From contig JBCCHT010000044.1 in NCBI GenBank assembly GCA_039028615.1, positions 1 through 64,000 on the forward strand: DNA of 64,000 bases, given 5' to 3'. The stretch comes from Myxococcota bacterium (GTDB lineage: Bacteria > Myxococcota_A > Polyangia > Nannocystales > Nannocystaceae). Below are positions 1 to 10,009 of the stretch, one piece after another. A program made the position numbers and the translations under genes. A model generated the notes under the pieces. It was given only the letters and a program-made list of their open reading frames with translations. It did no database searches and was not told the DNA's origin. The number at the start of each line of letters is the position of its first letter. Within the stretch, counting starts at the first letter, position 1.

Positions 1-197
1 AGGTTTGGGAGCGCCGGGCCCCCCCCAAAAGGAGACGCCCCCTTTTTTTTTTTCGCCCACCCAAATTTAAAAAAAACATCCCCCCCAACAAAAACCACCG
101 GGCAAACCCCCCCACGGGTAACAAAAATTAGGCCCAAAACAAACCGCGCCGCCCCCCGCTGGGCGTCGGACGGCGCTCCCAAACCTCGCGAGGCCCT

Positions 198-2009
198 CTA
201 CCCCTCGCCTTCGGCCCCCGGCAGCGGCCGGTGCCGGATGTACAGCTCCTGCAGCTGCGGGTCATCCGCGGGCGTCGGACACCCGGTCAGCATGTCCTGC
301 CCACGCTGCGTCTTCGGGAAGGCAATCACATCCCGCAGACTCTCGGCCTGGCACATCAACATCGCCACGCGGTCCAACCCGAGCGCGATGCCCCCGTGCG
401 GCGGCGGCCCGTACCGGAAGGCCTCGAGCAAGAACCCGAACTTCGCCTCGGCTTCTTCGTCGCTCAGCCCGAGCGCGGTGAAGACCTTGGCCTGCACGTC
501 GGAGCGGTGGATACGAATCGACCCGCCGCCGATTTCGTTGCCGTTGAGGACGAGGTCGTAGGCCTGGGCGAGGACTTTGCCCGGGTCGGAGACGAGGTGC
601 TCGATGTGCTCTTCGCGAGGAGAGGTGAAGGGGTGGTGGGAGGACGCCCACTGGCCCTTTTCGTTCTTTTCGAAGAGGGGGAAGTCGGTGACCCAGAGGA
701 ACTTCCACTGGGGGTCGCCTTCGGGGAGCAGCTCCAGCTTGTCGCGGAGGTGGAGCCGGAGGCTGCACAGGACGGTGTGCACGGTCTCCCACTTGTCGGC
801 GATGAAGAGCATGAGGGAGCCGGGCTCGGCTCCGAGGGCGGCCGAGATGGCGGCCTTGGACTCGTCTTTGACGTTCTTGGCGAAGGGGGCTTCCCAGGCG
901 CCGTCCTTGGCGATGCGCACCCAGGCCAGGCCCTTGGCGCCGCCGTTTTCACGCTTCTTGACGAAATCGGTGAGCTTGTCGAGCTGGCTGCGGTTGAGGG
1001 TGCCGGCTTTGTCGGCGGGGATGCACAGGCCCTTGACGCAGTCGGCTCCCTCGAAGACGCGGAAGCCACAGCCGCGGCTGGCTTCGGTGGCGTCTTGGAG
1101 CTCGAGGCCGAAGCGCATGTCGGGCTTGTCGGAGCCGAAACGATCCATGGCCTCCTGCCAGGTGAGGCGCAGGAAGCTGTCGGGCAGCTTCACGTCGAGG
1201 ATCTCCGACCACAGGTGCCGCATGAGCTTTTCCATGGGCGCGAAGACGAGTTCGGGCGTGGCGAAGGACATCTCCACGTCGATCTGGGTGAACTCGGGCT
1301 GCCGGTCGTTGCGGAGGTCTTCGTCGCGGAAGCAGCGGGTGATCTGGAAGTACTTGTCGAACCCCGAGACCATCAGCAGCTGCTTGTAGATCTGGGGGGA
1401 CTCGGCGAGCGCGTAAAAGGAACCCGGATGCAGTCGGCTCGGCACGAGGAAGTTGCGCGCGCCGCCCGGGGTGTACTTGACCATGTAGGGGGTCTCGAGC
1501 TCGTAGAAGCCGAGCTCGGCGAGAGTGCGCCGAGTCACGTACGAGATCTTGGCCCGCGTGGCGAAGTTCTTCTGGAAGGAAGGACGACGCAGGTCGAGGT
1601 AGCGGTAGCGCAGACGGACGTTCTCGTTGGTGTCGAGACGGTTGTCGTCGGCGATGGTGAAGGGAGGGGTCTCGGAGCTGGAGAAAATCTCCAGGGTGTC
1701 GACCTCGACCTCAACGGCGCCGGTCGGCAGGTTCGCATTCTTGTTGTCACCACGATCGATGACCTTGCCGGACACGCCCACGCAGAACTCGCTGCGCAGG
1801 GCTTCGGCCTGAGCATGCGTGGCTTCGTGGATGTCGGGGCCAAAGACCACCTGGGTGACGCCCTCGCGATCGCGAAGGTCGATGAAGATGCGGCCGCCGT
1901 GATCTCGACGACGATGGACCCAGCCAAAAAGTGCGACCCGATTGCCGATGTGCTCCGCGCGGAGCTCATTGCAGGTGTGGGTACGGCCAGACTCGAGCAA
2001 GCTCGCCAT
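198..2009 (-). CDS. aspS: Aspartate--tRNA ligase, probably the non-discriminating Asp/Asn type
   Basis: Motifs RTHTC, GWVHRRRDHGG..FIDLRD, RLRYRYLDLRR, FRDEDLRNDRQPEFTQID, GGGSIRIH and YGPPPHGGIALGLDR. Start placed at ATG 2009 (MASLLESG), 8 nt after an extended -10 box. Confidence 0.97.
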   Translation of the reverse strand: MASLLESGRTHTCNELRAEHIGNRVALFGWVHRRRDHGGRIFIDLRDREGVTQVVFGPDIHEATHAQAEALRSEFCVGVSGKVIDRGDNKNANLPTGAVEVEVDTLEIFSSSETPPFTIADDNRLDTNENVRLRYRYLDLRRPSFQKNFATRAKISYVTRRTLAELGFYELETPYMVKYTPGGARNFLVPSRLHPGSFYALAESPQIYKQLLMVSGFDKYFQITRCFRDEDLRNDRQPEFTQIDVEMSFATPELVFAPMEKLMRHLWSEILDVKLPDSFLRLTWQEAMDRFGSDKPDMRFGLELQDATEASRGCGFRVFEGADCVKGLCIPADKAGTLNRSQLDKLTDFVKKRENGGAKGLAWVRIAKDGAWEAPFAKNVKDESKAAISAALGAEPGSLMLFIADKWETVHTVLCSLRLHLRDKLELLPEGDPQWKFLWVTDFPLFEKNEKGQWASSHHPFTSPREEHIEHLVSDPGKVLAQAYDLVLNGNEIGGGSIRIHRSDVQAKVFTALGLSDEEAEAKFGFLLEAFRYGPPPHGGIALGLDRVAMLMCQAESLRDVIAFPKTQRGQDMLTGCPTPADDPQLQELYIRHRPLPGAEGEG

Positions 2010-2017
2010 GGCCGCGG

Positions 2018-2026
2018 ACTCTAGCA
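2018..2026 (-). promoter_or_regulatory. Extended -10 element TGCTAGAGT of aspS
   Basis: TG-N-TANNNT 8 nt upstream of ATG 2009, with no SD between. Confidence 0.55.
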
Positions 2027-2214
2027 AGCTCACCAGGCGAGGGCGCGGCCAGTTGAACGCGAAGGAGGGGAGGGTGACTTCCCCTGCGGGGACAGCTCAC
2101 AATCGAACATCCCGCGGCTATTGCGCAATCGTGAAGGCTGGCCGAGAATCCACCCGTAAACTGCGTAGGCCGCTGTACGCCGCGCGCGGTCTTGCTACAA
2201 ACGCCCCGAGCGTC

Positions 2215-3072
2215 ATGCCCCTCCGCTTCCTGCACATCTCGGACATCCACTTGCTGGACCTGTCCGGGGTCTCGTTGAGCCGCTACCTGAACAAGCGGTT
2301 CACGGGGCGGGTGAACCTCGCGTTGCGGAGAAGTCACGCGCACGACGAGCGACTTTTCGACGAGGTGCTCGAAATGATCCCTCGTCTCGGTGTCGAACGG
2401 TTGGTGATCACGGGGGACCTGACCAACCTTTCGCTGGAGCCCGAGTTTGCCCTCGTGCAGCGCAAGCTACGGTCGTCTCCGGTGCCGGTCACGATCATTC
2501 CCGGCAACCACGACACCTACACGCACGGCAGTGCTCGGGCGCAGCGCTTCGAGTCCTTCCTGGCGGAGTTCATGGAAGGCGAGCGCGAGGGGAACGAACT
2601 GTACCCCTTCGTGTGGCGCGACCAAGACGTGGCGCTCATCGGGGTGTCCACGGCCATCGCGACGCCGCCGCTCTACGCGGTGGGGCGCGTCGGCCCCGAG
2701 CAGCTCGCGCGGCTCGAGAAGATCTTGGAGACGACGGCGGCCGAAGGGCTGTGCCGGATCGTTCTCATCCACCACCCGGTCGTCGACGGCGTCTCCAAGC
2801 CCCGTCACGACTTGGTCGATCGCGGCGCATTCGCCGAGGTCATCGCCCGCCAGGGCGCCGACCTGATCCTACATGGCCACGAGCATCGCCGAATCGAATC
2901 GGAGCTGCCGGGCCCGGCCGGGCCAGTGCCCGTCCACGGAGTCTCCTCGGGCACCTGCGTGTCCGAAAAACCCGGTCGTGAGGCGAGCTTCTCCGTCTAC
3001 GACGCAACGGCCGAACACATCCAAAGAGAACTGTACACATGGAACGGCAGCGAGTTTCAACGTCCCGACTGA
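2215..3072 (+). CDS. Calcineurin-like metallophosphoesterase (CpdA/Icc-like)
   Basis: Motifs HISDIH, TGDLTN, PGNHD, LIHHP and LHGHEH. Start at ATG 2215 (MPLRFLHISD). Confidence 0.9.
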   Translation: MPLRFLHISDIHLLDLSGVSLSRYLNKRFTGRVNLALRRSHAHDERLFDEVLEMIPRLGVERLVITGDLTNLSLEPEFALVQRKLRSSPVPVTIIPGNHDTYTHGSARAQRFESFLAEFMEGEREGNELYPFVWRDQDVALIGVSTAIATPPLYAVGRVGPEQLARLEKILETTAAEGLCRIVLIHHPVVDGVSKPRHDLVDRGAFAEVIARQGADLILHGHEHRRIESELPGPAGPVPVHGVSSGTCVSEKPGREASFSVYDATAEHIQRELYTWNGSEFQRPD

Positions 3073-4829
3073 ACCCGGCCAACGGCCGACGCCGACGCCG
3101 GTTGACCATCTCCGGGGCCCTGCTGTCCTTGCTCATGGGGGCGGCCTGCGCCACGCCGCTCGACAAGGCCCGCATCGCGTGGTCCGAGGGCGAAGGGGAG
3201 TTCACGGAGGCCGAGCCCTTCTACGAAGAGGCGGTGGCGGCCGATGACAACGAGTCGGAGATCGCCCGCGAGGAGTTCTTCGAGATCCACATGGATCTGG
3301 CAGCGGCCAACAAGAAGGAGCACCCCAAGGAGGCCGAGCAGCACTACCGGGCGGCGCTGAAGCTCGACCCCGCGAGCGCGGAGGCTCGCACCGGGCTCAT
3401 CCGCTTGCTGATGACGCTGTACCGCTACGAGGAAGCCTTCGCTCTGGCGAACGAGGGCACGAACTCGGGCGACTGCCCCGGGTGCAAGCGGTTGCTCGCG
3501 GTGATGCTCATCCAAAGCGGTGACCAGCGCTCGGAGACCGAGGACTGGCCCTCGGCCGAGGCGGCGTACGCCGCGGCGATGGACATGCTTCCCGACGCTT
3601 CGGTGGCGCTGGGCCTGACCCGAGCCCGCGTCGCGCAGGGCAAGGTCGAGCCCGCGGTGCAGTCGCTGTCGATGGCGGCCGAGATGATCGACCAAAACGA
3701 CATCGAGGGTCGACGCCGCTTCCTCGAGCTGCGACGGGCGCTGGTCCTGGCCGCGCTCGAGGCCACCAACCCCGACCTCGCCGACAAGGCGCTCGACGTG
3801 GCGCCCAAGGGCGTGGGGGCGCAGGAGCAGCTCGGGCTGGCCGTCGAGGTCGCCATGCAGCTGACCAAGGTCGGCAAGGCGGACGAGGCGCTGTCCCGCA
3901 TGCAGGCGCTGGCGCAGGCGGCCGAGCAGGGTCGACTCCGCGTGAGCGACGAGCAGAAGGGCGAGCTGCTGATCCGCGTGGCGCTGCTGTTCGGCGCGCG
4001 CGCCAACCAGAAGCTGGCCAACGGCGATGCCGAGGGCGCTTCGGCCGACCTCGAAGAGGCGCACAAGCTCATCCCGGGCGAGCCCACCATCACGATGCAG
4101 AAAGCCATCGTCTACGGCGCGGAGGGCAACATCAAAAAGGCCCGCGAGGAGATGACCAAGGTCAACCGCAAGACGCCGGGCTATCGCACGGTCGACGCGG
4201 TGCTCTACGCCATGGAGGCGGACAAGCTGATCGAGCAGGGCAAGGTCGGCCTGGCCAGCGACCTGGTGGGCTACGGCAAGCGCGCGGATCCCGATGCTCC
4301 CGAGATCCACATCGCGGCGGCGCAGGTCCTCGCGGCCACGCCCTTCGACGACATGCTCAAGGCCGAGCAGAAGGATCTGCGCAAGCGCGGCCTGGTGAAG
4401 TACCCCAAGGGCAAGCACAAGCCGCTCAAGACGGGCGAGGCGCTGTCCGAGCTGGCGTGGGCCGCCAAGGTCCTCGAAGCGCAAGACTCGCTGTTCCCGT
4501 TCCGCGATCCCGACGCCAAGGACCGCCTGGAGCAGACCAAGGCCACGTTGACGGCGTTCTACCCGTACGCGGTGGCGTTCGAGTCCGACCCGCACGCGGT
4601 GCTGGTGCTCAAGAACACCAGCCCCGCCGAGCTGACCGTGGTGACCGAGAAGGGCCGCTTCTTCCGCAAGAAGAAGAAGATCGAGGCCAACGGCAGCGTG
4701 GAGGTCAAGCTGAGCAAGCCGGGGGTGATCACTTTTACCTATGGTGAAGAGGAGGAGGTGGCCATGTTCGTCGCCGAGCCCCACACCAAGGTCGAGATCT
4801 CGCTCCCGCCCGCCGCCACGGCCCCGTAG
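3039..4829 (+). CDS. TPR-repeat lipoprotein
   Basis: Arg-rich n-region, hydrophobic stretch and lipobox-like GAAC. Helical TPR-like repeats (AEQHYRAALKLDPASAEA) and strong GC3 codon bias. Start uncertain. Confidence 0.75.
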   Translation: MERQRVSTSRLNPANGRRRRRLTISGALLSLLMGAACATPLDKARIAWSEGEGEFTEAEPFYEEAVAADDNESEIAREEFFEIHMDLAAANKKEHPKEAEQHYRAALKLDPASAEARTGLIRLLMTLYRYEEAFALANEGTNSGDCPGCKRLLAVMLIQSGDQRSETEDWPSAEAAYAAAMDMLPDASVALGLTRARVAQGKVEPAVQSLSMAAEMIDQNDIEGRRRFLELRRALVLAALEATNPDLADKALDVAPKGVGAQEQLGLAVEVAMQLTKVGKADEALSRMQALAQAAEQGRLRVSDEQKGELLIRVALLFGARANQKLANGDAEGASADLEEAHKLIPGEPTITMQKAIVYGAEGNIKKAREEMTKVNRKTPGYRTVDAVLYAMEADKLIEQGKVGLASDLVGYGKRADPDAPEIHIAAAQVLAATPFDDMLKAEQKDLRKRGLVKYPKGKHKPLKTGEALSELAWAAKVLEAQDSLFPFRDPDAKDRLEQTKATLTAFYPYAVAFESDPHAVLVLKNTSPAELTVVTEKGRFFRKKKKIEANGSVEVKLSKPGVITFTYGEEEEVAMFVAEPHTKVEISLPPAATAP

Positions 4830-4866
4830 GCGGCTTTCGAGGCCACTTTGCTGAACCCCTGTCTAG

Positions 4867-4908
4867 GCGCACATTCGACCGTATTCGACTCTGCGGTCGA
4901 ATGCGCGC
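4867..4908. repeat. Intergenic inverted repeat / stem-loop
   Basis: gcgc-a-cattcgaccg ... cggtcgaatg-c-gcgc, with no U-tract. Confidence 0.6.
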
Positions 4909-4940
4909 TTGGACCGCTTCCCTGATAGACTTTCTCGCGG

Positions 4941-6131
<1,191 letters not shown>

Positions 6132-6149
6132 GCCCAGTCTCGAGTCGCG

Positions 6150-7958
6150 GTGTCGGGCGAGAGTCGAAGGGCGAACCTGTGGCTCTTCGGGCCGGCCCTG
6201 GTGTGGGCGGGGCTATGCCTGGGCGGGGTGGTGCTCACGATGCTCGACGACTCGGCGTGGTCGGCGGTGCCGCGGCGCGAGAGCACGGTGGTGGGCTCCG
6301 ATCGTTGCCAGGCGTGCCATCCCGATCACCACGAGACCTGGCGTCGTAGCTATCACCGCACGATGACGCAGCGAGCCCAGGGGGAGGCCGTGCTCGCGCC
6401 CTTCGCCGGGGAGACGCTCGACACCCTGGGCTTTCGCGCGACCATGACCCGCGGTGCGCAGGGGCAGCCGCACATGCGGATCGAAGCGCTGGAGCCCGGC
6501 TCGGACGGGGACGCGGTGCTGCTCGACGTCGACGTGGAGATGACGGTGGGCAGCCATCGCTATCAGCAATACGTGGCGCGGATCGATCGCGGCGGCGGGC
6601 CGGGCGAGCTGTGGCGATTGCCCTTGGCGTGGCATGTCGAGCTCGATCGCTGGATCCACATCAACGGGGCCTTCCTGACGCCCGAGGGGGCATGGGGGCA
6701 AGCGGACGACTACCTGCGGCACCTGTCGCGGTGGAACGACAACTGCATCTTCTGCCACAACACCGAGCCGGTCCCCGGGCTCGACGACCAGGGGCAGTGG
6801 GACAGCGAGGTCGGTGAGCTCGGCATCGCGTGCGAGGCCTGCCACGGTCCCGCGTCGGCCCACGTGGCGCGTCATCGCTGGCCGTTGCGGCGGCTATTGG
6901 CCACAGGGCGGGAGCCGGGAGACGGCAGCATCGCCGACCCGGCCCGACTGGATGCGGGGCGGCATGCCGACGTCTGTGGCCGCTGTCACGGCAATCGCAT
7001 CGCCGCGGATCTCGACGCGGTGTTTCGGGGCGGCGACGGGTTCCTGCCCGGGCATCCGCTGGCCGAGGTCTCGCGACCGATCCTGCGCGACTCGACGCTC
7101 GCGGGCACCGAAGGGCAGCCGTTCGCTCCGCGCTTTTGGCCCGACGGCACCCCGCGGCTGTCGGCCTACGAGTACCAGGCGCTGCAGCTGTCACCCTGTC
7201 ATCTCGACGGCGAGGGGCTCGGCTGCGGAGACTGCCACACGATGCACGGCCCCGAGCCCGCGATGCAGCTGCGGCCCAGCTACGACTCCGCCGTGGTGTG
7301 CGGTGGTTGCCACGAGGCGCAGTCGCTGTCGGATGCGAAGTCGCCCGGCGGTCACGGCCGGCACGGGGCGCAGGTCGATTGCGAGGGGTGCCACATGCCG
7401 CGGGTCACCTACGGGTTGCTCGAGGGGATGATGAGTCATCGCATCACGCGACCGCGGCCGCAGGACCTGCTGGAGCGCGACGACCAGCCCGACGCGTGCA
7501 CGCAGTGCCACGTCGATCGCAGTCGGGCGTGGGCGGCCGAGGCTCTGTCCGCATGGCCGGGGGAGCCAGACCCGCCCCAGGCCGCCGCGGCGGTGCTGCT
7601 CGATCTCCACGGCGGCGATCCGATCGCCCGGGCTCTGGCCGCTCATGCGCTGTCGCGCCCCGAGGCGTCCGCGCCTGCGGCCCGCCGCATGGCCTGGCTG
7701 GTCGATGCGCTCGAGGACGACTACCCGGCGGTGCGCTGGTTCGGCTTTCGGGGCCTTCGCGCCATGGCTGCGCGTCACCAGCCGGAGCTGCTGTCGATCC
7801 TCGAGACCCCGGGCGCCATGGAGGACGCCGGGCTGCGGGTCTCGATGATCGACGAGCTCCGGGCTCGCCTCGGTCCGGGTGCCTTCGCCCGGCAGCCCGA
7901 GCGGCTGCAGCGGCTCCACGAGCAGCGCGACGACAAGGCCATCTGGATCGGCGAGTGA
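6150..7958 (+). CDS. Multiheme (8 CxxCH) c-type cytochrome with C-terminal HEAT-like repeats
   Basis: N-terminal TM/signal. CQACH, CIFCH, CEACH, CGRCH, CGDCH, CGGCH, CEGCH and CTQCH. Tail resembles HEAT repeats (LEDDYPAVRW). Confidence 0.88.
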   Translation: MSGESRRANLWLFGPALVWAGLCLGGVVLTMLDDSAWSAVPRRESTVVGSDRCQACHPDHHETWRRSYHRTMTQRAQGEAVLAPFAGETLDTLGFRATMTRGAQGQPHMRIEALEPGSDGDAVLLDVDVEMTVGSHRYQQYVARIDRGGGPGELWRLPLAWHVELDRWIHINGAFLTPEGAWGQADDYLRHLSRWNDNCIFCHNTEPVPGLDDQGQWDSEVGELGIACEACHGPASAHVARHRWPLRRLLATGREPGDGSIADPARLDAGRHADVCGRCHGNRIAADLDAVFRGGDGFLPGHPLAEVSRPILRDSTLAGTEGQPFAPRFWPDGTPRLSAYEYQALQLSPCHLDGEGLGCGDCHTMHGPEPAMQLRPSYDSAVVCGGCHEAQSLSDAKSPGGHGRHGAQVDCEGCHMPRVTYGLLEGMMSHRITRPRPQDLLERDDQPDACTQCHVDRSRAWAAEALSAWPGEPDPPQAAAAVLLDLHGGDPIARALAAHALSRPEASAPAARRMAWLVDALEDDYPAVRWFGFRGLRAMAARHQPELLSILETPGAMEDAGLRVSMIDELRARLGPGAFARQPERLQRLHEQRDDKAIWIGE

Positions 7959-8010
7959 CCGGTGGGCGGCCGGGGGCGAGGCAGAGCCCGACCCTCGACA
8001 CTGCGCCGGT

Positions 8011-8274
8011 TCACCGCCGTGGAATGCCGTCGGGCGGGGTCCCTTCGCCTTCGTCTTCTTCCTCGTCGCCTTCTTCTTTCAGCTTGGCCAGCTGCTCGGC
8101 GGTGGGGAGCTGGGGCTGGAGCATCTCGTTGATGTCGCCCAGCCACGCCGCCGCCCCGCTGGAGACGGGGCGATCGGACTTGCCCAGCCAGCCCATCCGT
8201 CGCAGCGCGACCACGATGATGAGGATGATGCTGCCGACGAAGCCCCCGAACACGAGGATGTCGAAGGTGGACAT
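8011..8274 (-). CDS. Small single-TM protein with acidic tail (DUF6191-like)
   Basis: N-terminal hydrophobic helix and EEGDEEEDEGEGTPP tail. TACGGT lies 6 nt before the ATG. Confidence 0.65.
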   Translation of the reverse strand: MSTFDILVFGGFVGSIILIIVVALRRMGWLGKSDRPVSSGAAAWLGDINEMLQPQLPTAEQLAKLKEEGDEEEDEGEGTPPDGIPRR

Positions 8275-8373
8275 GACGCCACCGTATCGCGACCACGACG
8301 CGATCTGACGAGGAAACGACGCGGCGCGTGAGCACGGATCGGGACGGACGCTCGCTCCGAGCCGGGGCGATGC

Positions 8374-9534
8374 TCAGCGCAGATAGCCGAGGCTCTTGAG
8401 CATCGTGAGCACCTCGGCCACTTCCTCGCGGCTGAGCCACTCGTCGGTGCAGCGATCGGCGATGTCTCGCACCGCGAGGCGTTCGTGCGTGCTGCCGAGC
8501 AAGTCCAGCAGCGTCATCGCGGCGGTGACCGAGTTGCGGTCCGGCCACTCGAGCGTGCGGCCGCAGGTGCCGATGATCAGGCTGTCGTCGTAGCGCTCGT
8601 ACGCCAACGCGAACACCGAGCGCCGCTGCACGAAGTCGTCTTCGGTCAGCGGCGGGCAGGGCTCGGGAGCGGGCAGGGCCGTCTTGCCGCGCATGGTGGC
8701 GAACTCGAGGCCCGCCACCACGTCTTCGCGGCGACGCGGCGAGGCCCGATCGATCACGATGCTCAGCGCCAGCGAGGGGCCCTCGGCTTCGAATCCGTGC
8801 ACGTGCGTGCCCGGCCAAAACCCCAGGTCGCCGGGCTCGAGGTCGACCACGAGCTCCGGCTCCCGCGTGGGCGGGGTGAGCCCGTTGCTGTCCTCGACCC
8901 ACGCGGCGTCGTCGTCGGACAGCGTCAGCCCTTCCCAGAAGTAGCCCTTGCGGCGCCCGGTGAGCACCACCTGGAACACGGCCTCCTGGTGCGGATCGAC
9001 GTGGAAACCAAAGGGCGTACGACGGTAGTCACCCAAGAATGCGTTGAAGCGATAGGTGCGAGGCCCGGTCAGGGCGAGGGTGGGGGCCAGCAGCGCCTGC
9101 AGGCGATCGAGCGCGTCCCAGCTCGCACACTCGATGCCGGGCGCCTGCATGCCGAACTCACCGCCGAGCCGGGCCCCCGCGTCGGCGATCCACTGTTCGA
9201 AGCTCTCGTGCGCCGCGGTGGGCAGGTAGGGGGTGGGGTCGAGCACCAGCCCGCCCGCGCGATAGACCTCGGCGCTGCGCCCCGGATCCGTGGTCCGCTC
9301 GGGCAGGGGCTCGGGCGACAGGCCCCAGCTCTGCTTCAGCGCGAAGATTTTGTCCCGGGAGGTCCGGGCGTGCTCGGGCGGGTGGGCGCGCTTGATCCAC
9401 TCGAAGACCTCGGCCGCCTCGAATAGCGGGCCCACGTCGCGGAGCACGTCGGGGCTGCCCTCTTCGAACAGGGCACGCATCTGCCCGGCGATGCGGTCGT
9501 ACTGCGGCGCGGGGCTGACGGTGGCGTCGGTCAT
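8374..9534 (-). CDS. JmjC/cupin Fe(II)-2OG oxygenase-like protein
   Basis: TPFGFHVD (HxD) and LEPGDLGFWPGTHVH (distal His). C-terminus resembles a winged helix. Confidence 0.75.
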   Translation of the reverse strand: MTDATVSPAPQYDRIAGQMRALFEEGSPDVLRDVGPLFEAAEVFEWIKRAHPPEHARTSRDKIFALKQSWGLSPEPLPERTTDPGRSAEVYRAGGLVLDPTPYLPTAAHESFEQWIADAGARLGGEFGMQAPGIECASWDALDRLQALLAPTLALTGPRTYRFNAFLGDYRRTPFGFHVDPHQEAVFQVVLTGRRKGYFWEGLTLSDDDAAWVEDSNGLTPPTREPELVVDLEPGDLGFWPGTHVHGFEAEGPSLALSIVIDRASPRRREDVVAGLEFATMRGKTALPAPEPCPPLTEDDFVQRRSVFALAYERYDDSLIIGTCGRTLEWPDRNSVTAAMTLLDLLGSTHERLAVRDIADRCTDEWLSREEVAEVLTMLKSLGYLR

Positions 9535-9598
9535 GACCTCGGCTTCGTAGCAGAGATCGGCCTCGCTGGCGCGTCACCTGCTAAGGTCGAGGCGGGTC

Positions 9599-10009
9599 GT
9601 GGACGGTTCCCTTCACATCCGCGCGTCACTGCTGGTGGTGGCCGTGTTCTTGACGATGGGCCTCGGCCTCGAGGCGATGCTCGGCATGCGGGTCGAGAGC
9701 CTGCTCAACGACGAGCTTCGCCGCGAGATGCTGCGCTTGGGCCACGCCCACGGTGCTCTGCTCGGGCTGCTGAACCTGGGGCTGTCGTGGGCGATGGATG
9801 CGTTGTCGACCCCCGACGCCTGGGCCCGGCGGATTCGCATCGCGGCGCTCGTGGGGGCGCTGTGTGTCGGGCTCGGGTTCACGGCGGGCGGGATCTGGCA
9901 CGGTCCCACCGACCCCGGCCCGCTGGTGTTGCTGGTGCCGACGGGCGCGCTGCTGCTCATCAGCGCGGTGCTGGCGGTGGTGCGCCTGCGCCCGCGCGCC
10001 GAGTCATAG
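9599..10009 (+). CDS. 4-TM membrane protein with GHAHG motif
   Basis: Four hydrophobic helices and RLGHAHGALLGLLN. TGCTAAGGT lies upstream. Confidence 0.75.
   Translation: MDGSLHIRASLLVVAVFLTMGLGLEAMLGMRVESLLNDELRREMLRLGHAHGALLGLLNLGLSWAMDALSTPDAWARRIRIAALVGALCVGLGFTAGGIWHGPTDPGPLVLLVPTGALLLISAVLAVVRLRPRAES

Noticed and set aside
1..190. Homopolymer-rich stretch (long C, T and A runs) after the aspS stop
   Set aside because: Looks like low-quality contig-end sequence; no credible terminator or RNA can be called.
231..2024. Long antisense ORFs, e.g. 231-2024, 3057-4784, 33362-35965, 36306-38375, 43480-45861, 49584-51719 and 53448-55661
   Set aside because: They mirror well-supported genes on the other strand and have no motifs, as expected from high-GC codon bias.
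8011..8274. 87-aa ORF as a RiPP precursor for the JmjC enzyme
   Set aside because: It has a TM helix and acidic tail rather than leader/core structure, and no other RiPP genes are nearby.
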